A stretch of 64,000 bases of DNA from Octopus sinensis (Eukaryota), in the NCBI RefSeq assembly GCF_006345805.1, contig NC_043007.1:39246001-39310000 (forward strand), read 5' to 3'. Positions 53,136-64,000 of the stretch are shown in pieces; position 1 is the stretch's first letter; every line of letters begins with the position of its first letter. The notes beneath the pieces are model-generated. The model was not told the origin of the DNA and searched no databases. It was given only the letters and a program-made list of their open reading frames with translations. Made by a program: the position numbers and the translations under genes.

Positions 53136-54600
53136 CATCTATATTTGTGTATGTGCATATCTACATATATGTATGTATGTATGTATGTATATATATAGAT
53201 ATATAGATATATGTATATATATATATATATATACATACACACACACTTTATGTATATATAGAGAGAGTGTATATATGTATGTATGTATGTGAATATGTGT
53301 GCAGGGGATAAGACAGATTACATTACAAATAATAAGCAAACAAGAAAAAAAAAAAAAAAACAAGCAAAGTCAACAACAACAACAACAACAACAACACTGG
53401 CAGAAAACAGAAAGGAGAGAGAGAGAGAGAAATCTTGAACAACAAGGAAAAATAACAACAAAACAAACTTCAACAACAACAACAACAGCAACAACAATTG
53501 AAACTGTTCATTTCATTTTGTTTCTGATTCTTCCATCATTTATTCTTCTGTTATTCTGGTTATTTTTTGTTTGTTTTTGGTTTTTTTTTTGCCGAGTTTT
53601 TGCGGTTCTTTCCCACCTCACTCACCTGCTCCCCCACCACCACCACCACTCCCTCTCAGGGTTTTTTTATTTATTTATTTTATTTTATTAAATTTATTTT
53701 GATTCTTCAGAATCATCTTTTCCATCAAAGAACCAAAATTACCCCCCAACCAGCACCACCACCACCACCACCATCTCTCTCTCTCTCTCCACTCACTCGC
53801 CATCTCTCTCTCTCTCTCCCTCTCCCCACATCTATTTCGACGACTGCTGTCTCTATTGCACTTTCACCAGCACCAGCTCCAGCTCCTCCCCCACCACGAC
53901 CACCACCACCAACACCACAAAATTAAAAGTGTTTGTCGTTCTCATTTGATGTCTGCTTAATCAATGGTGTAACGTTTTCCACCTAACAATGCATACAGCA
54001 CTTCTTCAGAAGAAGCAGGAAGGAGCTGGGGAAGGAGAGAGAGAGAGAGAGAGAGATGGAGAGAGAAAGAGAAAGAGATTTGTACTTATATATGTACACT
54101 GAAGTACATAACAGCATCAATACTAACAGAACGCAATGCACCCACACAGTACATAGATATACACACACACAGTAGAGAGAGAGAGAGAAGCATTGAAAAA
54201 TAACTATATATCCATACATACACACACACAAAGATAAGCAGAATGAGAAGGATAAAGAAGAGTAAGAAAGAGCAGACAGATAAACACAGATATACAGGAG
54301 AGTGAAAGCCCAGAGAGATGAGAATCAGAGAACAAGGGATCCGTGTGTGGGTGAGAGAGAGAGAGAGAGAGTGAGAGGGGGAGAAAGGAGCTGGGGAGTA
54401 ATGATATAAATAAACAATCTTTGACTACCTTATTTGAGTGTGCCAGTCTAACTCTGCCGACAGAAGGTACTTAAAATATTCTTGACTAAAAAAACCCTCC
54501 CGAGGAAGAGGAGGGGAAGAGGTTTGTAAAATGATAACAACAACAACAACAGGAAAGATGATAATGATGATCAAGGAAAGTAAACAGAGCTTTGTGTGTG

Positions 54601-54640
<40 letters not shown>

Positions 54641-54649
54641 GGAGTCATT

Positions 54650-54768
54650 CTTGTTGCTTATTTTGATTATAATCACCCCACGGATTTATATGGATAACAC
54701 CATACAGAATTCTGGTACATCTAAATTAAGTACCATATTCATTTGAATCTAAATTTTTGCTGAACTTA
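54650..54768 (+). repeat. Unclassified dispersed repeat, copy 2
   Basis: Direct homologue of 11576-11690. Confidence 0.8.
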
Positions 54769-54941
54769 TATATATATATATTATATATAAATTCGGCAAA
54801 AATTTGTTTTTTCACTTCCTGAGGAGAAGATTGCATTGTTTATACCATTTATTCTTTTGAATAGTATCAGTGGAATTTTCGAAACATGTGTCGAAAGTAA
54901 AAATATTTGATTACACCTGCGTTAACTCCATTTTTTTATTC

Positions 54942-54991
<50 letters not shown>

Positions 54992-55619
54992 TATGCGTAT
55001 AAAAGAATGTTTGATTAACAAGAGAAAAGGAACTCAATAAATACATAGTGACTCCTGCTAAATGTGTTAAATGCCTTTGATGCGGTTCTAGTGTTGGACT
55101 CACAATCGTGAGGTAGTGAATTCCATTCTTGGACAGAACTGTGTGCTGTGGTCTTGAGCAAGACACTCTATTTCCCATTGCTCCAGTTCACTCAGCTGCA
55201 GAAATGAGCTGCGATGTCACTGATGCCAAGCTATATCAGCCTTTGCCTTTCCCTTATAACATCAGTGGCATGAAGAGGGGAGGCTCATATACATGGACGT
55301 CTGCTGGTCTTCCATAAACAACTCTGCCCAGACTTGTGCCTGGGAGGGTAACTTTCTAGGAGCAATCCCATGGTCATTCATGACTGAAACGGGTCTCTAC
55401 CCTACATATATATATATAAATATATCATAAGCAAACTTAGAAGTGAGTTTGGTATTCTACAGGAAATAAAGGAATTCTTGAATGCATAATATCTGTGAAA
55501 ATAGCTTAGAAGATTGGATAAAAACACTTAGAAGATGGAAAAAAGTGGCTAGCAAGCCACAATATGACTAATCTCTCCTTTTTCCCATTCTCCAACAGAC
55601 ATAGCCATACATAGAACAG

Positions 55620-56330
55620 AGTGTATAATTGCACGAATCTTGGAAGTGGGTCACTGGTCGAATGATTTTGGATAACTAGACACAGCTATGGTAGCCATCA
55701 GAGACACCAGGATTTCTGAAATACAAGCACATTTATGCATATTTTGGATGACAAGATATATGCATCATGTAGTGTGCCAGAATATAGTGGCAGAATGATA
55801 GCATTGTTGATAAGGCTTGGACTGGGCCCAGACAATAAGCTAGTGACTCTAAATATGAACAGCATTGCCTTCATATTACGGCCCTTTATGACCTGAGAGG
55901 CCAAGGTAGATGAATTTTGGCAGTCATCTAAAAGAGTTCTTGGGAATGTCACTCTCTTCAGTGATGGGGAGAAACAAGGATGGTTATTTTGAGGTGGCCA
56001 GTGGAACTCCTGTGAGAGGATTCTATGAAGGACTAGTGATGGAGAAAAGCAACAATGTTCTTGGGGAAGGCCTGGAAATCAATGGAAAATAATCAATCAG
56101 CTAATCTGTTCCAAAGAACTTTTGGTTTGAGTGATATTGGACAACTTCCAGAAACCATTGGTCAGGTTGTACTAAACCAAAGGTGGTGGTGGTGGTGGCA
56201 CTAATTTGAAATAAACTCTCCAGACAATGTAGTGCATTCAGCTAGCTTGTATAAGATGTGTGCGGAGAACAAAAATGATTACAGATGTACTCATTCAATC
56301 ACCAGGCATTACTGATTTCTGGAATTTTGT
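55620..56330 (+). pseudogene. Degenerate APE-type endonuclease of an L1/Tx1-like LINE
   Basis: CIIAR...GHWSND...MVAIRDTRIS; KLVTLNMNSIAFIL; HLKEFLGMSLSSVMGRN (eroded GD.N motif); ANLFQRTFGLSD. Many stops and frameshifts; recognised by motif order only. Confidence 0.45.
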
Positions 56331-56507
56331 TGAACAGCTTTCGCTGCATGTAGAACAGACCTAGTTATTAGCCAAGCCCATCACAGAATTGTCCTGTTGC
56401 TTTTCTTTAGCTGAGAAAAGAGAGCAGTTTCACCAGCCTAGGGCTAATGACAAAAGTTGTTCTATGTTGGAGGTTACTAAAGAAACTGAAGGATGCTTTT
56501 CTTTATG

Positions 56508-56544
56508 GCCAAGCCCTCATTGGAAAAGTCAATGAGGGCTTGGC
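56508..56544. other. Perfect 15-bp hairpin with a 7-nt loop
   Basis: GCCAAGCCCTCATTG-GAAAAGT-CAATGAGGGCTTGGC; the stem extends imperfectly over ~56497-56556. Confidence 0.85.
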
Positions 56545-57639
56545 TACAGAGGAAAATGTACTCATTGGCTTTTTCAAAGAGAGCTTGGTCAAGCCTATCG
56601 TAGAAATCACCCTGTTGCTTTTTTTTAAGCAGAGAAGAGCAGATAGTTTTCCTCTGTCTAGTTACAATAGTGAAAGATGTATGGAGGATGCTACAGGAAA
56701 GACTGAAGATACACATTTTCCTCTAGAGCAAAAACCCTCATTGACTTTTTCAACGTGGGTGGAGAGGGAGATGCTGCCCTCTAGTAAATTCGATGAAAGA
56801 TGAGTGATAATAGCAAGTAAGACCCCAGAGAATAGGGCTCCTCTCAGCAGTATTTGTAAACAGAACTACAACAGAAAAAGTAGCCTTGGGTCTGTGGGGT
56901 TCCTAGATTTGCTCCACGTGAAGTCCTCTCTGGAAACTGTAGAATACATTTCTGTAGTGTTAATGCAAATTTCCTCTAAATTTTCCTCTTCCTTTCCATT
57001 CCATTCATCCAGTTTCAAACATAACCTGCCTCTGTAACATTCCAACGTTCATTGCCCTTGTGGCCAATAAAAGAAATCTATCATCATCATCATCATCATT
57101 ATTGTTATTGTTATTATTATTATTATTATTATTATTTAGTTCTTTGGTTGGTTGGTTGGTTGTTTTGCAAAATCTTGTCTTTTGTTTGTGCATGCACATG
57201 TATGTGTGAATGAGTGAGTGTGTTTGCTTGTACATGTGTGTGTGTGTGTGCATTTTATTTCTTTCTATTTTTTCCCTTTTCTTCTTTACTTTACCATTCT
57301 TGTGCTTGAAGAGACTCATTCAACAAGCAATTGAAGTTCACCCTTTGATCTTATTGCTGCATCTAACCATTTTCTATGAGCACAAATTTAAAAATGGCCT
57401 TTACTTTTAAAAATAACAACAAAAACAATGATTTCTAACTTCATAATACATAAATATAAAAAAAATAATTTTTTAACTGCATAAATAAAATAATTTCTAA
57501 GTTCATAATAATAATGATAATAATATAAACAATTTTGATTTTAGTGTCTTAGTCTTATGCTTGTTTTAGTTTATTTTTTTGTGACTGTTGTTAAATTTTC
57601 TTTATTTTGTTAATCTACAAATTTGAAATAACAACTGAG

Positions 57640-57682
<43 letters not shown>

Positions 57683-58251
57683 TAAACAGATGAAGAAAGA
57701 AAACCAACATTTCAACAATGACTTCAATTCCTCAAGGATGTTGTTTTTAGTGGAAGGGAAACTGTGTGTGGGGGGATTTTGAAAGACTTGAAAGAAAGAG
57801 AGAAAGAGTGTGAAATAACAAAATGGAGAGGGAGAGAGAAGAAGGGAAGGAGAGAAAGGATTCAAGGATGTTGGCAAGAATGAGAGAATGTGTGAAAGAA
57901 TGAGGGATTCTAACTTTTGGATGGTAGTCTAAGACTTGATGTGCCACCGGTCAGGAATTAGAGAAAAAAACTTTAATATCTTGTGCTTTCTCTCACTTTA
58001 CTTTATATATATACAAACATATATATATATATATATATTCCCTCTCTCTCTCTCTCTTGGTGAGGCACAAGCACCTACACACACATATACACACACATAT
58101 ACACACATGGCAGTAACTTCTGCCTACCAAATTCAATCACAAAGTTTCGGTTGGCCTGGGGCTATAGCAGAAGACACTTGCCCAAAGTGCCACGCGCTGG
58201 GACTGAACCCGAAACCATGTAGCTAGGAAGCAAGCTTCCTAACCACACACC

Positions 58252-58293
<42 letters not shown>

Positions 58294-59590
58294 TGTGCAC
58301 ACACATATACATAAATACACACACATATGTACATACATGTATACATGTGCATGTGTGTGTGTGTTATATGAATTAGTACCAGCCAAATACTGAGGTTAAT
58401 TATAATTGTTCAAATTGATTACATTCTCTCCTTACCTCAAGACTGAACTTTGGCCCCTAGCAAAAAGTTTATTAAGGTGGCAAACTGGCAGAATCATTGG
58501 CTCCAATACACGAAAAGGAGTTCATAGGGACTCTGTGCTGTGTCCCAAAAGTAAACTATGAGAGAATAAGAGATACAGCTCACTCACTCACAGGTATGCT
58601 GACAGAGAGGAGAAAGGCTTTGTACGTAGGAGAGGCAAAGTATACTAAACTGCAATAAAAGAATCGTTGTTGTCACTTTTAATGTCCACTTGTTAATTCC
58701 GAATGACCAAACCTGCTCTCTTGAAATATTGGAGACGAATAACTGAGATGATCGTTTACAATTATCACACAATGTCAAAAAATGTTCACATCCAACCCTG
58801 CATGTATGCATGCATTCTTTTACTTGTTTCAGTTGACTGCAGCCATGCTGGACCACCACCTTGAAAAGTTTTAGTCAAAGAAATCAACCCCAGGACTTAT
58901 ATATATATATATACTCACTACACTCACGGAGTGGTTGGCGTTAGGAAGGGCATCCAGCTGTAGAAACACTGCCAGATCAGACTGGAGCCTGGTGCACCCT
59001 TCTAGCTTCCCAGACCCCGGTCGAACCGTCCAACCCATGCTAGCATGGAAAACGGATGTTAAACGATGATGACGATATATATATATATATATATACGCCG
59101 GGAGTTTCTTTCAGATTCCATCTACCAAATCCACTCACAAGGCTTTGGTTGGCCTGAGGCTTTAGTAGAAGACATTTCCCCAAGATGCCACACAGTGAGG
59201 GAGTGAACCTGGAACCATGTGGTTGGGAAGCAAGCTTCTTACTACACAGCCATGCCTATATGATAGGCTTCTTTCAGTTTCCATCAACTAATTCCACTCA
59301 CAAAGCTTTTGGTTGGTCTATGGCTATAGCAGAAGACATTTGCCCATGGTGGCATGCAGTGGGACTGAACCTGAAACTATGTGGTTGGAAAGCAACCTCC
59401 TGAACCACACAGCGCCACGCCTGTGCCATTCATGGAATGAATTCTTTCAAATATGCAGAGGGCTTTCTACAAAATAGTTGACAGCTTATGTTACCTAGGT
59501 GACCTAAATTAGCAGCAGAGGTTAGTGTTTTCAATGCACAGAAGCCAAAGGAAGAAAGAGAATGCGGAAAAGTTCAGGGATAGCTATTAA

Positions 59591-59816
59591 CCCTTGTGTT
59601 ACTATAATTCTGTTAAAATACAGACTTTGTTTCAATTTATTTTGAAAACAATGAGGAATTTATTAAAATAACTTTGTCTTTATTAAGTTGCTGGTGTTTG
59701 GAACATAAAATAACGAGCAATTTTGATGGAAGGTTCTAATTAAAAAATCTTTTTAAAACAGGGAGTTTGTTATCATAGCATTAGGGGCAGTTTCATGTAG
59801 GTTGGTATCAAAAGGG
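59591..59816. mobile_element. piggyBac-type MITE family 1, opposite orientation to the 21833 copy
   Basis: TTAA|CCCTTGTGTTAC ... TATCAAAAGGG|TTAA. Interior aligns by eye to the reverse complement of 21833-22030. Confidence 0.75.
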
Positions 59817-60005
59817 TTAAACCTGCTAACAACAAAGGTGTTCTCTCTCTAAATGCAGGAAAGGCAAACTTGTATGCTGATTGCATGGTAGCAATGTTGT
59901 GATGTAATGCAGAGGATAGCTAAAAGCTGGAAAAAGAAAAATAATACAAATATGCTCTTCAGGATGTGTAACATTAGAGTGCAAGACCGACAGAGCATAA
60001 TATAG

Positions 60006-60414
60006 GGATCTTTTCGGTTTGAACAGCAGTTTTTAACATAATTTCTAAGTAACTAAAAAATTTTAAACTTTGTATACTGGTAGAATGTGTTTATAAAACA
60101 TCTTTTTCTCTTGGCTTTATTGAGAAAATTCTATAGCTTATAAGATATTTGTTGCTTTTTTTCTTCAATTTCTGCTATTTCAACCAATCAGTGACGTCTA
60201 TTGAGTTAAAAAGCATTCTGTGCCATATGAATATGTCCCTCATTTGAGAAACAGATTGGGTTTATTTACATTTGTGAAGAAAAAAAGATACCCTTCCCCC
60301 ACTTCTAACCCTAAAAGAGATTGAAATGCAATAGATCGATTCTAGGGTCATAATTATGGGTGACAATTTCATATGACACCGCTAGAAAAAATTGCCGTTC
60401 AAACTGAAAAGATC
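60006..60414. mobile_element. MITE with ~30-bp TIRs, possibly PIF/Harbinger-type
   Basis: GGATCTTTTCGGTTTGAACAGCAGTTTTT ... AAAAATTGCCGTTCAAACTGAAAAGATCC, flanked by TAG and TAA (TWA-like TSD with one mismatch). Superfamily assignment is tentative. Confidence 0.65.
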
Positions 60415-61612
60415 CTAATAAAGTACAGGGAACTAATATGTAGGGTACAATGGGGCATCATGTGTAGTGTGCAAGAGAGAAAACCGTACAAGTAGAGACT
60501 TATAACGAGGAAAGAGAATGACAAAAGGGCTAAGTAATTGAAGCAGGGCTAACTTGCAGAAAAGGAAGACAGAAGAAGACATGGCTATTAATGCGGAGAA
60601 AGCTGTTCTAATGAGGCCGGGCCTTGTTAAGGAGATGGAGAGCTACAAGTGGGTAAACATTGTATTGAAGAAGACTTGTCCAAGTTATGCAAATAAGGAA
60701 AACATGTGTATAAAAACACTGATGCTACACATACACACATATATATATGATGATGATACACAAATATACATGAAGGTGAGTGAGATGGAACTTTGAAGTC
60801 ACTGTCAATCTTTCCCATGGCAAAGTTAATGAATATGTACTCTACTAAAAAGTAGTGAGTTATCCTTCAGCTTAATGCTAAATTGTTTTAATATGTAGCT
60901 CAACATAAAAGCAAACATTCATATACATATATGCATATATACACACATATATGCTCACATGTGTGTATATATATATATATATATATATGTACACACGCAC
61001 ACATACATGTATATACACACATAAATGCATACTCATATACACACATACATATATGCATGCACATAGACACACATATATGCATGCACATATACACATACAT
61101 ATATGCATGCACACATATGCATACATATAGATACACACATACATATCTGCATATACATGCATAAATATATGCATATATATTCATACATATCTGTACACAC
61201 ACATGCATGCATATAAATACACATATATAAACACATGTACATCACACCTACATAAACATGCATGCACACACACACACACACATTTAAATAAAAAAAAAAA
61301 TTTTTAATTTATAATTACACAAAACTTTACAACACATGCAGCAGAAATTAACAAATTTCAACAAATACTAGCTCATCAAAAAAATAATAAATAAATAAAA
61401 ATAAAACAAAATGATAATAATAACAATAATTAAAATTTAAAACAGAAATTATGCAAATGTTAATTAACATGTTGTCGCCAGAATTTAGTTTTTAAGCTAG
61501 CCTTTGATCAATAATTTAAGTGCTGCTAGTAGGTTGTAGTGGTAACAGTAGTAATTTGACTGTTCAGTCTTTCATCTAACTATTCCCTTTGTTCTATCTA
61601 ATTGGATAATTA

Positions 61613-61654
<42 letters not shown>

Positions 61655-61903
61655 TCATAGATACTGTGTGTAGCATTTGAATATATATATGTGTATATAT
61701 AACTACATATATATATACTGTATATATATACCATGTGTAGCATCTGCATATATATGTGTATATATAACTACATATATATATATATATATATATATACCAT
61801 GTGTAGCATCTGCATATATATGTGTATATATAACTACATATATATATATATATATATATATAGTGTGTGTGTGTAGTATCTGTATATGTGTATACATAAC
61901 TAC

Positions 61904-61960
<57 letters not shown>
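61655..61960. repeat. Minisatellite (ATAACTACA(TA)n..TGTGTAGCATCTG..), about 4 units
   Basis: ATATAACTACATAT recurs four times with variable (TA)n between copies. Confidence 0.8.
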
Positions 61961-61970
<10 letters not shown>

Positions 61971-63625
61971 AACACACACACACATACACTCCTATATTGA
62001 AATATGAACCAACTGCAGACCTGTAGATAAAGGGTAAGCATTTTCAATGAGTGTAACAAAGAGGCCAAACGGAGCGTGATTTTGTGATTTCAACTTCAGG
62101 GACCTTTAAATTACTATATCATCATCACCACCACCATTACCACCATTCCCATCATTGCCCTCATCATCAGCATCCTTATCATTACATTATTATATTCATG
62201 GCTGTCATTATTCTTATGAAGAGGTGAGGAATGGTGGTGGTGGTGGGGGGGTGTCATCAGATATGCTAAGTCGGTGGAGCGGCAAAAAATGGTAGAGTGC
62301 ACCAGCTTAGATAATTTACAGCATTTGAAAACTTTTGCACCCGTGTTCAGAATTCAGACCTTGCCAAGGTAGTCTTTGCCACCTGAGAGGTGGGGGTGGG
62401 GGTAATGTGGTGGTTGTGTAAGTAAGATGTTTGCTTCACAACCACATAGTTCCAGGTTCAGTCCAACTGCATGGCACCTTCAGCTAGTGCTTTTGACAGT
62501 AGTTTCGGGCCAACAAAAGCCTTGTAAGTGGGATTTGGTAGATGGAAACTGAAAGAAACCCACTGTGTGTATGCGTGTACATGCATGCATGTGTGTGTGT
62601 GTGTGTTTGTCCCCTAGCACCACTCGACAATTGGTGTTTGTGTGTTTACATCCTCATAATTTAGCAGTTTGGCAAATGAGAACCAATAGAATAGCACCAT
62701 GCTCTAAAAAAGGGCAAAAAGCAAGTGCTGGGGTTGATTCATGTAACTAAAACTGTAAGGTGATGCCCCAGCATGGCCAAAATCTAATAAGTGTGCACCA
62801 ATATGTAGTGAAAGAGGTGGGAGTAGAAGCAGGATAGAGACTTCAATTAACTCTTCCTTTCTTCCTTTCCAGTAATGTAAACCTCTAAAATTCCCAAGCC
62901 TGCTCACATAGGCCTGCTGATGTTCAACATATTTGCCTTTCATCTTTTACCTATCATTAGACTGTGGCCATGCTGGGGCACCACCTTGAATATCTTTAGT
63001 TGAATGAATTGACCCCAGTGTTTATTTTCCTCCTTTTTTTTTCTGTAAGCCTGGTTCTTACTCTATCAGTCTCTTTTGCTGAACTGCTAAGTTATGGGGA
63101 TGTAAACATGCCAACACTGGTTGTCAAGTGGTGGTGGGGGACAAACACAGACATACACACACCTGTGTGTGCGTGTGTGGGTACATACACATGTGCTGTT
63201 GGCGATTTCTCTTCCTTCTTTGGACTTTTCCATTTCTCCTTTCTGACGAAGAGTTAAGCTCTAAATGTTAAAAACTCTCTCTTTTTTGTGACTGTCAAAC
63301 TAATACATTCCTTATGCACAGCCTCTTGTTGTCTGTTAATTTTATTATTTGTATATTTGATCTGGCTCAGTGGTTAAGGTGTTGCACTCACAATTGCGAG
63401 ATCATGGGTTCGATTCCCAGACTGGGTGTTGCATTGTGCTTTTGAGCAAAGCACTTCATTTCATGTTGCTCTGTGATCCTTTTGTCATTCCAACACCTTT
63501 ACCTACTATGCTATGCCTCTAGGTGGTGTCTTACGTCGGCTTTGTACTGACTGGATAAATGATTCTACATTTCTGAGATGAGGAATTTTTTTTTTTTATA
63601 TATATATTATTATATTATGTGTGAA

Positions 63626-63958
63626 GGCGCATGACTCAGTAGTTAGAGCATTGATCTTATGATCATGAGGTTGTGAGCTCGAATCCCGGACCGGGCTGCA
63701 TGTTGTGTTCTTGAGCAAGACACTTTATTTCGCGTTGCTCCAGTTCACTCAGCTGTAGAAATGAGTTGTGATGTCACAGGCGCCAAGCTGAACCGGCCTT
63801 TGCCTTTCCTTTGGATAACACTGGTGATGTGGAGAAGGGAGATTGGTATGCATGGGCGACTGCTGGTCTTCCATAAACAACCTTGCCCGGACTTGTGCCT
63901 GGGAGGGTAACTTTCTAGGTGCAATCCCATGGTCTGTGTCATGACCAAAGGGGGTCTC
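63626..63958 (+). mobile_element. SINE family C
   Basis: Full-length homologue of 17529-17859. Confidence 0.85.
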
Positions 63959-64000
63959 ATTATATTATGTATTGGACTAGTGTCCTCATTTTTGTTGCTG

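Noticed and set aside
60480-60700. Possible RTE C-terminal remnant (RKGRQKKTW)
   Set aside because: A single short motif; insufficient to call.
63363-63430. tRNA-like sequence with A and B boxes (also other SINE heads)
   Set aside because: No complete cloverleaf or acceptor stem; it continues into SINE body sequence.

Overview
AT-rich, microsatellite-saturated animal genomic DNA. The SINE families, RTE tails and (TA)n/(CA)n density resemble octopus genomes (inference from recall, not a database hit). I found no recognisable host protein-coding exon, rRNA, intact tRNA or CRISPR array, so the window reads as a large intron or intergenic region. All long ORFs in the track are microsatellite artefacts or transposon remnants. 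The window is a layered record of mobile DNA: a Chapaev3-type (CMC) DNA transposon with CAC..GTG ends and a TTA TSD, several Tc1/mariner elements, piggyBac-type and Harbinger-type MITEs, two Helitron-like elements with shared ends but unrelated interiors, remnants of CR1, RTE and L1/Tx1 LINEs, and at least four tRNA-derived SINE families. Features not explained by ordinary TE decay: two near-consensus RFX X-box palindromes in TE-free islands, a tandem unit whose terminal hairpin is flipped between copies, a near-identical duplication-plus-inversion, and a 202-bp higher-order polypyrimidine repeat. Nothing here demonstrates a new biological system; the best leads are ranked under findings.
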